A DNA stretch of 63,988 nt, counting the filler, from Octopus bimaculoides (taxonomy: Eukaryota): the NCBI RefSeq assembly GCF_001194135.2. It is 6 parts of 6 records of this genome, joined end to end, with 100 filler letters (N's around TTAATTAATTAA, not from the genome) between each part and the next. Parts side by side here need not be neighbours in the genome. Positions count along the whole stretch, not along the records: positions 1 to 27,173 come from NC_068990.1; positions 27,274 to 39,938 come from NC_068996.1; 4 more parts are not named here. One strand, 5' to 3'. How positions within the stretch are numbered: position 1 is the stretch's first letter; each line of letters begins with the position of its first letter. Below are positions 25,776 to 35,715 of the stretch, in pieces. Both the position numbers and the translations under genes were made by a program. Below the pieces are notes generated by a model, which did not search any database, was not told where the DNA came from, and was given only the letters and a program-made list of their open reading frames with translations.

Positions 25776-26659
25776 AATATTCTTAAGTTATCAAACCTCA
25801 AAAAGCACTAGACAAGTTATTACAGCTGGAAGAGTACAGGACAAGCATATTTATATTTAAAATATTGCAGCTATTGTTGAAATAAAAAAATATATTTAGA
25901 TTTAAAAACTAAAAATAATAGATTTTATTAGCAACTCTATAATTAAGAAAATTAACCCAAATAATAAATTTAAGGCTGTTAGCAAAAAAGAAAAGAATTT
26001 CAATAGCCTCATAAAAAATGTTTTCTTCAATTACAAGTTTTTAAATAATTTCATATCTGTATGGAGTGGGTATAGCAGGGGATTTATCTCCCCTGACATT
26101 TCATACCATATGGGCTATGTAACCTCTCTTCAGGAAGAATTTTTATATGGTATACTACCCCCACAAGCAATATATTTAATTAGGAAGAGTACCCCGCCTC
26201 TCCAGAATATGTCACTGTACCCTCCCCTAAGTCTCAACACCACCATAAAGGTATCAATTGAACTTTACTGTTTTGAAATTTTCAGAAGACCAGCCTTGTG
26301 GTGTCCTTATCAATGAATTATAGTGTGCCAATTTTATCAAAAAGACGAGCAAAAAAGGAATTTCAATTGAATACTACTTAAGAACTTTTAGTAGTTCTTA
26401 AAAACCTGTAATTGGAAAAACATTTTTAATGGGGCTATTGAATTTTTTTATTTTTATTGACAGCCTTAAATTTATTGAGTTAATCTTTTCATCACAGAGT
26501 AGCTAATAAAAGCTATTATTTTTAGTTTTTAAATCTAAAAATATTTTAAAAATTATAACTATAACTGCAATATTTTAAGTATAAATATACTTGTCCTATA
26601 CTTTTCCAGGTGTAATAACTTGTCCTGTACTTTACGAAGTTTAATAACTTAAGAATATT
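25776..26659. mobile_element. Large foldback element (about 270-nt inverted arms, about 350-nt spacer)
   Basis: aatattcttaagttatcaaac...tttagatttaaaaactaaaaataatag...aaatttaaggctgtt...caatagcctcat...caattacaagtt pairs with ..cctgtaattg...atggggctattg...acagccttaaattt...tattatttttagtttttaaatctaaa...ttaataacttaagaatatt. Confidence 0.85.
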
Positions 26660-26673
26660 GTGTCTACACTTTA

Positions 26674-26741
26674 CATTGTAATACATGTGTCCATACTTTT
26701 CATTGTAATACATGTGTCCATACTTTTCATTGTAATACATA
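26674..26741. repeat. 27-nt tandem repeat, about 2.5 copies
   Basis: cattgtaatacatgtgtccatactttt repeated. Confidence 0.9.
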
Positions 26742-26839
26742 CATACATGCATACATACATGATGGCTGTGAACTCGTGTTCAAGTATTGCCATCACCTGA
26801 TTGAAGGCTATGACCAGCCATTTTTGTGAGAGGTCTTAC

Positions 26840-26917
26840 TTTTTTTCCAAGTGATACCTGTGCATGGTGATTTTTTCTATAGTGGTGAAAGGATTTGCAC
26901 AGATCTAATCCCACTCT
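26840..26917 (-). CDS. Candidate exon, 78 nt, unknown product
   Basis: Long polypyrimidine tract ending ccttattcag, AAA|GTAAGA donor, phase 0 to 0: RVGLDLCKSFHHYRKNHHAQVSLGKK. Confidence 0.25.
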
Positions 26918-27134
26918 CTGAATAAGGAGAACATAAACTTGGAAAGAAGAAATAGTCTGTGTCATCAAATATTTTCAGTGTCACAGGTTTTCTCTAAGAG
27001 TTTCCCTCTCCCAGAGAGATGCTGTGACAACAACAGTGGGGCCTGCCACTCCCAGTAGGTCAGCTGCATGCCAGGACACAAACCCTGTGATCATTAAAAA
27101 TTCTCATATCTTCCATTTTCCATCTCTCTCATTA

Positions 27135-27173
<39 letters not shown>

Positions 27174-27273
27174 NNNNNNNNNNNNNNNNNNNNNNNNNNN
27201 NNNNNNNNNNNNNNNNNTTAATTAATTAANNNNNNNNNNNNNNNNNNNNNNNNNNNNNNNNNNNNNNNNNNNN
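27174..27273. other. Artificial scaffold-joining spacer N44-TTAATTAATTAA-N44
   Basis: Exactly 44 N + TTAATTAATTAA (27218-27229; stops in all six frames) + 44 N; the same construct occurs five times. Confidence 0.95.
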
Positions 27274-27700
27274 AGGAGGAGGACGAGGAGGACGAGGAGG
27301 ACGAGGAGGACGGGGAGGACGAGAACGAGGAGGAGGAGGACGAGGAGGACGAGAACGAGGAGGAGGAGGACGAGGAGGAGGAGGACGAGGAGGACGAGGA
27401 CGAGGAGGACGAGGACGAGGAGGACGAGGAGGAGGAGGACGAGAACGAGGAGGAGGACGACGAGAACGAGGAGGAGGACGACGAGAACGAGGAGGAGGAC
27501 GACGACGACGACGACAAAGAAGAGGAAAGGGAGGAAAAGAAGGAGGAAAAGGAGGTGAAATGAAAAGGAAAGGGAAGAGAAAGAGAACTAGCGTCATCAT
27601 CACTATCATCATCACCACCATCATTATCATCGTCGTCATCATCGTCATTATCATCATCAGCATCATCATCGTCATCATCGTCATTATCATCATCATCATC
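27274..27700. repeat. (GAG/GAC)n then (CAT)n low-complexity tracts
   Basis: Directly visible triplet repeats. Confidence 0.95.
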
Positions 27701-28772
27701 ATCGCATCGTTCGTCTGGCAGAGCGCTGTGAGCGTCGGGAAACGTACCAGATGCGTCACGCCGACTTGATCTTCGCTTGAACTTGTCCCGCAGGTCGATC
27801 GAAAGTGATGAATTGTGGGACAAAAATTTGCCAAACAACGGGTTTCCACAACTAATTTCTGTAGATGCCACTGTTGTACCGTATCCTTACACACCAATAA
27901 TCGCAACGTACCAAGAACACCACCCCACAAGGACTGTTAGTGTGGACAGTATCTGAATGCTTTTTCTCTAACTCCCAACCCATTTCAGGGAAATCACTCG
28001 TAACCTCGTTCCAGTTCCAATATGTCTTGGAATTGGAGCAGGGTCACGTTCCACTTCTAAGTTCCAGACTTAATGGAAATGGAACATCCGGGCTGGGCCA
28101 GACCACATGGGTCAGTCTTGTGCCCGATGATTTTGGCTGACGCCTTTGATTCACCTCTCCAGGTACTAAGTCCTGTCCAAGTTAATCTTTGTTCTTTTTC
28201 ATCGTTTCGACATTAACATCTACGGTGTCCGATCTTATAAAGGTGATGCCTTCTACAAGCACCGACATGGCTTTCCCGTGTTCCAGTTCGAACGACATTC
28301 CCCATAGCGCCTTTTAGTTCGGCAGCAGTGGCTCGAGAATCAGTACGAATACGCAGAGTGACTGAAAAGTTTTTGGTTTTAAGGATATTGGGAAAGGCCT
28401 AGTTGGTGACTCAACCTTCTGAGTTCTTTTACAGGGCATAGAAAAACCAAAAGACCACTGTAATAAGTGTGTGAATCCAAGAGGGGAATATGTTGAATAA
28501 AATCATAATTAACGGATCCTCTTGTATTTTCTTTTAACCAAAACCAGGAATTAGAAATGATACATTTCTAAATCTCACAGAGAGACTTAAGCAGTAGTGA
28601 TACGATAAAGCAGTTGTATACTGTCAACTTAACGTGACAGTCCCATGAAGGGAATAATACTACTGCTATTTAGCCCTATGAAGTTGCACTGCTTCCTGTC
28701 GGCCTTGACACATTTCCTGTGTCCTTATGTTTACGAGGGGGAGACAAGCACCTCCACCCAGCCAAGCCTGCA

Positions 28773-28815
28773 TCCAGGGACATGTTTCTGAGTTTTTGCT
28801 CGTCATCAGCCTGGA
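28773..28815 (-). ncRNA. Minimal type I hammerhead ribozyme
   Basis: Minus strand UCCAGG-CUGAUGA-CGAG-CAAAAA-CUCA-GAA-ACAUGU-C-CCUGGA: 6-bp stem I, intact core, palindromic stem III, GUC cleavage triplet; one C-A mismatch at base of stem II. Confidence 0.8.
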
Positions 28816-28975
28816 GTAGCATGACTTCCTGGCTGAAGATGCCTGTCAAGCTCTCGTAAACATATAATAATTCTAGTGAAAACACATTCACTGATTACAA
28901 AATTAGAAATGATACATTTCTAAATCTCTCAGAGAGATTTAAGTAGCAGTGTTACGATAAAGTAGTTGTATGCTG

Positions 28976-29052
28976 TGTCAAGGCCGAGAGGAAATGTGTC
29001 AAGGCCGAGAGGAAATGTGTCAAGGCCGAGAGGAAGTGTGTCAAGGCCGACA
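28976..29052 (+). repeat. 21-nt tandem repeat tgtcaaggccgagaggaaatg x3 plus partial
   Basis: Directly visible. Confidence 0.9.
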
Positions 29053-29199
29053 GGTGCAGCTTCCTAGGGTTAAATAGCAGTAGCATGATTCCTTTATTGG
29101 GACTGTCACGTTAAGTTGACAGTATACAAAACCAGGAACTTTTCGTAGAAGAGATGAAAGGGAACACTCTAAAAGAAGAAAAATATAAATTCCTGATAT

Positions 29200-29620
29200 A
29201 TCAGAAGTATCATTTGAAATGGTTCAGATGAGTGATCAATTGATCTAATCCCTGAACAGATGCTGCAGTACGTTGAAGAAATCCAGTCTCTGAAAGCGGG
29301 ACTGAAACTGACTGCTTTAAAGACAGCTTCCAATTATTGATGTTCGACCCCATCGAATGCTTTTGATCGATCCAATTTAATCAGAGCTCAAATAAAGCAA
29401 GTATTGTTACCTACTCACTCTTTCTTCGATGTATCACTTCAAGTGGAGGTTATGGATCTCAGGTACCATGTGTCGGCTCTTTCTCAGTCACACTACTGAC
29501 TGCAAGTGCCAATGTCTTTAGCAGCAACTTGGCCAAAATCTTCACTCCTACATACAGTAGATTTATGAGCCGGAAATTATCAATGCCAATATCTTTAACC
29601 GCAACCTCCTAAACAGCGTA
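29200..29620 (-). mobile_element. L1/Tx1-clade LINE reverse transcriptase relic
   Basis: Minus translation NFRLINLLYVGVKILAKLL...ALIKLDRSKAFDGVEHQ*LEAVFKAVSFSPAFRDWI...HSSEPF; multiple stops. Confidence 0.8.
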
Positions 29621-30685
29621 TCCATTCGTCAGATTCGCTGTCATTTGCGGTAGACATCAGTCAAGATGTCACAAAGCAAGTTTGATATGTACGTATTTAG
29701 TTTTTACAGCCGATGAGACGATTCGTCCTGCGCGCAAGGACTTATCACCAACTCAGCTGCTGTTATCGGATTTTCGTAGCGCCACCTCCGCGACGACCAT
29801 CACTGCAAACGCTGTCTTCGTCATCACAAGCATTAGCAAGTTTACCGCTATCAGTACGATGCCCACTAACAACGACCTCCGCCAGTAAACACACAATCAC
29901 CATTAACGACGATCTGACAGACGGACAGAGATAAACATCCAGAATTACGGCAGGCCGTGGAAATAATCATTAAATTCCACTACCATCGCCAGCCCATCTT
30001 TCGCTCTGAAAAGATAAGCGAAGTACTACAGGAAAGCTGCACACATCTGTTCGGAATCAAGTAACATGTACCTGATTTAGTGTTGGTGCATCAGAGACCG
30101 AATTTTGGATCTTTTCTCGCATCAATCCTCTAACAATTCTCTCGCCTACTGTCAATCATTAAAGCTTGCACTTTTTTGTCGCTATCACGTTAGTCGTGTT
30201 GCTTTCCTTAATTATACCGAATCTGTTTCGCTTTGTTTGCAAATGTTTCCTGGATGTTATTGATTCTGCTCTAATCGCCCATTTCAGATTAATACAGATG
30301 TTGACAATTGCTCCCATTAACTGCCTCTTAATTGTCTAGTTCGAAGACTTTCGGCGCCAGAAACCACGCAATTAGTTTCTACTGACCGGATTGTTGTCTA
30401 TTCAGGCCTACCTAAATAAACCTGCGAATCACAAAATTTGTAGTTTGCATAGCTGAGCAGTTGTTACAGTGATAAAAAAACTCCATGAGAGCAAGCTCCA
30501 TTTTATTCCAGAGCGACAGTATTTCTTGTGTCATAGAGACAAATCACATAGGGTGCAACATAACTGTCTGGAAACATTGCATTGTCCCTTCTGATAAGTC
30601 TATTACCATTTGCTTGGCTATTCTAGAGGTGAATTCAGCGAAGGTGAGCAAGGTTCTTTCAGTGAAAATACAACAGTTCATGCCC

Positions 30686-30797
<112 letters not shown>

Positions 30798-30799
30798 GT

Positions 30800-31370
30800 A
30801 CGTACCTCAGCCGAGTATTTGGGGCTAGTTTGACCTGCATGCGGTAGTGACGTCCAGATTCGGAAGTTCTGAGATTTTAAGGAGTGTTGAACCATCCCTT
30901 AACCTCTCTTGTGTCCCAGATCTGTCCTGATTGGGAATAGTAGGACTTATCCGGATCCCAATTATGGATTAATTAACGACTTATGAAAGAAACCCTCACA
31001 ACCTTGTGAGTAGTACCTTGAGAAAGGAATAGGCTAAGGGAGGCAACCTCAACAGTATATCAAGGAATGGCATTTCTAAGACTGTCCTGTGTTTTCATTG
31101 ACACCCTTCTGAAGGTCACTCCAATATAAAATCCACAGCTTACTGGTTAATGAAGCCATCGTAGCCCGTTGAGCCAATCTGGTCAGACCTTCAAGTCTAA
31201 TGAGCAGGACCAGGGCATGATCTTACTTTGAAACTATTAAGAGCAGTGGGGAAGAAAAGCCCGGTAGCAATGGAGAAGGTACTGGATCGTAGTGGAGCTC
31301 TCAGCCTCAATTCCGCGTGTTGGTGGCCGCTCGTCCTCCTGATCTTCGGAAACAAAGAACAGCCATAATT
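30800..31370. repeat. Probable interspersed repeat(s), unclassified
   Basis: Recognised by recall only as octopus-type repeat sequence; no second copy in the window. Confidence 0.3.
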
Positions 31371-31512
31371 TGGGGTTAGTGCTGCTGTACATGCTGCATT
31401 ACTTCAGTGTAGTAAGAATGGATGTAATTGACTGTCGGTTCTACTTTAAGTCTATTGTTGTAGAGCAAGCTTTCTATGGGATTTATACACGCGTACTTAC
31501 TCGCTCAAACAC

Positions 31513-31582
<70 letters not shown>

Positions 31583-32069
31583 CTTTATACAAATTAAAAG
31601 GGTAAAGGATTATCAATTTATTAATTAATAAATCAATTAACAATTAACAATTTTTACCAAGCCCATCGGTATGAAAGCACCATTATTGATGGAGAACTTA
31701 TTTAAAAGCTCATATATATTTATAAATATAATTAAGGGATCAGCAAATATTTGCTTCACCATNNNNNNNNNNNNNNNNNNNNNNNNNNNNNNNNNNNNNN
31801 NNNNNNNNNNNNNNNNNNNNNNNNNNNNNNNNNNNNNNNNNNNNNNNNNNNNNNNNNNNNNNNNNNNNNNNNNNNNNNNNNNNNNNNNNNATATATATAT
31901 ATTAATCTATCTATCAATAATATGTAGTCAATAGACTACATATTATTCACATAAATACAATGTACATTTAAACATATAAGAGGTATCCGTCATAGGATTC
32001 CTCTAGAAGGACCAGCTAAAATCCAAACCACTATATAAAGAGGTTCATTTATTTTCTGTTAGATTTTAG

Positions 32070-32500
32070 AATTACGCAGTTGCACGGTGTGAACCCGTGT
32101 TGTGATTTGGAAAGGAGGATGTATAAGTTTACGATGTTTTTGCATTAGTCTTTCTAGAATTTCTTTTTATGATGTGCATCGGAGTGTGATGGATCTATAT
32201 ATTATCTCACGTTTTGTTGAGTTTTAGAATTTTTTGTGAGTTGTTTTGGTTCAGTTTCAAGATTATTTGAATTTAATAGTCTTGGTACAAGTAGTGCAAG
32301 ATAACTTCCGGTTTTTTTTTCCTCTTTCACTCTTTAAATGTTGAAGTTTATGTTTGTGCTTGTGATTTTGTCTAGCTCTGTGACTTTAGCGTATCTAGAT
32401 TACCCTACGGCTTTTTGGGTGTCTAATGGAAGATGTTACAAGAAAAGTACAATAGAACAACGACTCAGTCTTTAACGAAATCCTTTGAGACAACGCTGGA
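32070..32500 (-). mobile_element. CR1-group LINE RT N-terminal relic
   Basis: Minus: YRSITLRCTS*KEILERLM...(frameshift) LLSKSQHGFTP, matching NYRPISLTS..CKILERI...LLS..QHGF. Confidence 0.65.
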
Positions 32501-33127
32501 TTAACGATTAAGGAAAAATAAGCACGTACTTAGGGCATCAAGGAAATGTGGTGGGACATCACAGAAATGGTGAATGACACACGGCACAAAAGAAATCTCT
32601 TTAAACTTGCAAAAATAATGTTCGAAGTGGTTTATATGATCAGAAATATAGTTTCGAGGTGTTCATGCTGTTATAGTGAGGATCTAATCAAAGGCTTACC
32701 ATTTAAAAATGTAATAGAAAACTTTTCAAAAATAAAGTGGAAGTATACAAAAATAAACATTATTTTCCCTCTTATTTTGTTAGTTTTGTTTCATTTTAAA
32801 AATATAAATTCATCTTATGGTCTATTATTGTTTATATTTTGAATTACATAATATTTTATGGGGGCACCAAAATCTTTTAAGTGCTTAGGGCCTCAATGGG
32901 TTTTAACTTGGCCCTGCTTTGATACAATACTCTCGTTGGTATGTTTGTTAAACGACACGCTGATACGAAGGCCTTGCTCAATTCAAATAGTGCGCCGTCA
33001 GAACTGATCACAGTTAACGAGTGTGTTAAATAAGGGTGTATATCAGTGCCCATTTTGTTTTTTACATACATAGCAGTTGTAATTACCCATGTGATCTAGG
33101 TATCTTTGTTGATTATCATACAACAGG

Positions 33128-33450
33128 TGAAGGTGCGTGGCTTAGTGGTTAGGGCATTCGGCTTACAGTTGCAAGGTCGTGAGTTCAATTCCCGGCGACG
33201 CGTTGTGTCTTTGAGCATGACACTTTTTTCACGTTGTTCCACTTCACTCAACTGGCAAAAATGAGTTGTACCTGTATTCAAAAGGTCAGCCTTGTCACAC
33301 TCTGTGTCACGCTGAATCTCCCCGCGAACTACGTTAAGGGTACACGTGTCTGTGGAGTGCTCAGCCACTTGCACGTTAATTTCATGAGCAGGCTGTTCCA
33401 TTCATCGGGTCAACTGAAACACTCGTCGTCGTAACCGATGGAGTGCCAAT
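33128..33450 (+). mobile_element. tRNA-derived SINE family 3, near full length
   Basis: A-box/B-box-like head gcgtggcttagtggttagg...gagttcaattccc, CORE-like gttgtgtctttgagcatgacact, body to gtaaccgatggagtgcca. Confidence 0.88.
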
Positions 33451-33469
33451 ATTCATCCATCTCACACAA

Positions 33470-34090
33470 CAGATTAACGTTTTAATCTGAAGCGTTTCAA
33501 AGCTAAATCGAAGACGTTTATAAAGCTAATTCGTAATTCATCGAATGCTGATGAACGTGATTCCGTGGCTCACACGGAACGAGTTATTTAGAAAACAGTA
33601 GACCTCTACTGCTGTGCCTGAACCTTATATACAGACTTACAATGAGTTTGAAGAAAACAAAGCGATGCTCACATCTTTCACATCTGCTTCAAGCAAGCCG
33701 CCTGTAGACTCAAATATACTTGTTCGAAGAGCCAGTATTATGTACCCTAACAACCCTATTTCCAGATATGGATCCCTTGATGTTGAAATGGTTTCGAGGG
33801 TTGACATAATTTGAGTTACAAGTTTGGTCAGACTACGTTCTTGAAACTTTCCGTCAAGCTTTGTATCTACGATGCTTGCGTCATCATATTCCTTCTGTAC
33901 TCATATAGGAAATGCCAATCAAAGACTAAAATGTGATGTCAGAATTCTGCAGAATACTGAAGTTCAGCATGATAGAGTGTCCAAAGATAATCTAGCTAAC
34001 ACAATTCAGTGGTCACATTACTCTTTCAAAGACCGGACTTGTTATCCATGAAAGGTCACACATGGGTTCTATATAAGCCTACAGATCAGG
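33470..34090 (+). mobile_element. RTE (BovB-like) LINE RT relic
   Basis: FNLKRFKAKSKTF...NADE (decayed YADD)...KAMLTS...KPPVDSNI...ISRYGSLDVE; frameshifted. Confidence 0.75.
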
Positions 34091-34233
34091 CAGACAGGTG
34101 TAGTTCTACTGTCCTCTTTGTCCAAAGGGGTGTCCATATACAACAGGATGGAAAAACCATTTTGAACGAATGCACAAGGGCTGAGTAGCTGTTAGCGTAA
34201 CGGGATTATTTACAAAATTCCGACCTTTAGTTG

Positions 34234-34267
34234 TTAGGGTTAGGGTTAGGGTTAGGGTTAGGGTTAG
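34234..34267 (+). repeat. Interstitial telomeric repeat (TTAGGG)5 TTAG
   Basis: Five perfect TTAGGG units. Confidence 0.95.
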
Positions 34268-34395
34268 ACATAAGCAAACACACACACAAACACACACACA
34301 CACACATATATATGTCCAGGATATAAAATTTTGTTGTAACAATTACTGTTCTATTCTTCAGAGTTTGCTTCTCTTCGGATATATGTTTTATTGAC

Positions 34396-34429
<34 letters not shown>

Positions 34430-34444
34430 CATATATATATACAC

Positions 34445-34812
34445 GCGCAGGCGTGGCTGCGTGGTAAGAAGCTTGCTCACCAACCACATAGTTCCGGGTT
34501 CAGTCCCACTGCGTGGCACCTTGGGCAAGTGGATTTGGTAGACGGAAACTGAAAGAAACCTGTCGTACATATGTATATATGTGTATGTGTGTGTACGCGT
34601 GCGCGTCTGTCTGTCTGTGTTTGTCCCCTTACCATCGATTTACAACCGACGTTGATGTGTCTACTTACCCGTAACTTAATGGTTCGGCAAAAAAGACTGA
34701 TAGAATAAGTACTAAGCTTACAAAGAATAAACCCTGGGGTCGATTTGTTCGAGCAAAGGCCGTGCTCCAACATGACTGCAGTCAAATGTCTGAAACAAGT
34801 AGAAGAATAAAA
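34445..34812 (+). mobile_element. tRNA-derived SINE family 1, near full length, CpG-rich
   Basis: gcgcaggcgtggctgcgtggtaag...gggttcagtcccactgcgtggcaccttgggcaag...(TG)...gaataagtactaagcttacaaagaataa..ggggtcgatttg...gtcaaatgtctgaaacaag. Confidence 0.92.
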
Positions 34813-34829
34813 GAATGCATACACGCATA

Positions 34830-35492
34830 CAGAAAATTTAAGCACAAAAGACCTGATATAATGATTTGGGATAGAGAAGAGAAACTGTGTACAGTTGTGG
34901 AAATTAGCTGCCCAGTAGATGTTAACATAAAGCTGAAGATCAGTGAAAATGAAAACACCTATGCTGAACTATTGAGAAATCTGCAGTTATTCTATCCAGA
35001 TTATAAGTTCAGCTTTATACCTGTAATTATTGGGGCCCTGGGATATGTAACACACTGCTTAAATACCAGCCTTGAGAAATTAGGCTTCTCAAAATCAGAA
35101 AGGAGAAGGCTAATTGGAAGAATACAGATCCAATCCGTCACTGGAACTGTAAAAATCTGTAAAACTTTCCAGAAGTTTATCATTTAAATATATATGAGCA
35201 TATCTAGATATGCAACTATATGCATGAGAATACATACATAAAACATACAAATCTGCACATACACACATACATATATACATACATACATACATACATACAT
35301 ACATACATACTTACATACATACATACAAACGTACGTACGTACATATAAATAAAAATACCCTGTTGTTGAAATTCCAATGAAGCAACCTTTGTTCTAGGTT
35401 AGAAACCGGTTCTTTCTCTATTGGCAAGAAATCTTGAAATAAACTGAATAATGACATACATACACACGTACATGCATACATACATACATACA

Positions 35493-35523
<31 letters not shown>

Positions 35524-35715
35524 GCATACGCCTAGATATGAAAATATATGCATAAAAACGCATCCATAAAACAAACATACAAATGTGCACATACACTAAC
35601 ACCAAATACTGCACACACACACATGCACAAATACCTAGATGATGTTGGTAAAAGTTCCAATAAAGGAGCCTTGAATCTATGTTAGAGTCCAGCTCTTTCT
35701 CTATGGACAAGAAAT
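34830..35715 (+). mobile_element. 5'-truncated non-LTR retrotransposon, restriction-like endonuclease C-terminus (R4/Dong/HERO-like) plus repeated 3' region
   Basis: KRPDIMIWDREEKLCTVVEISCP...FIPVIIGALG...KICKTFQKFII* (stop 35187) has the PD..E/D RLE signature; downstream unit repeated about 35190-35460 and 35520-35715. Confidence 0.85.

Larger units (their letters stand above)
28539..29138. mobile_element. Composite non-autonomous element with direct and inverted internal repeats carrying a hammerhead (Penelope-like or retrozyme-like)
   Basis: 12-nt flanking direct repeat caaaaccaggaa (28539-28550, 29127-29138); block A duplicated (about 28550-28620, 28902-28972); block B inverted (about 28616-28715 vs 29033-29127); 21-nt tandem x3. 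Confidence 0.7.

Noticed and set aside
27274-27563. Acidic protein C-terminus (poly-E/D) on plus
   Set aside because: Starts at an artificial spacer; indistinguishable from the triplet low-complexity tracts common in this genome
28976-29052. CRISPR-like 21-nt repeats
   Set aside because: Head-to-tail with no spacers
33128-33200. tRNA-like sequences (also 34445, 38700, 43000)
   Set aside because: A/B-box heads continue into shared SINE bodies and do not form complete cloverleaves
33545-33600. Hammerhead at gctgatgaac with ttccgtg/cacggaa hairpin
   Set aside because: CTGATGA is the decayed YADD codons of the RTE RT relic; no stem I/III or properly placed GAAA
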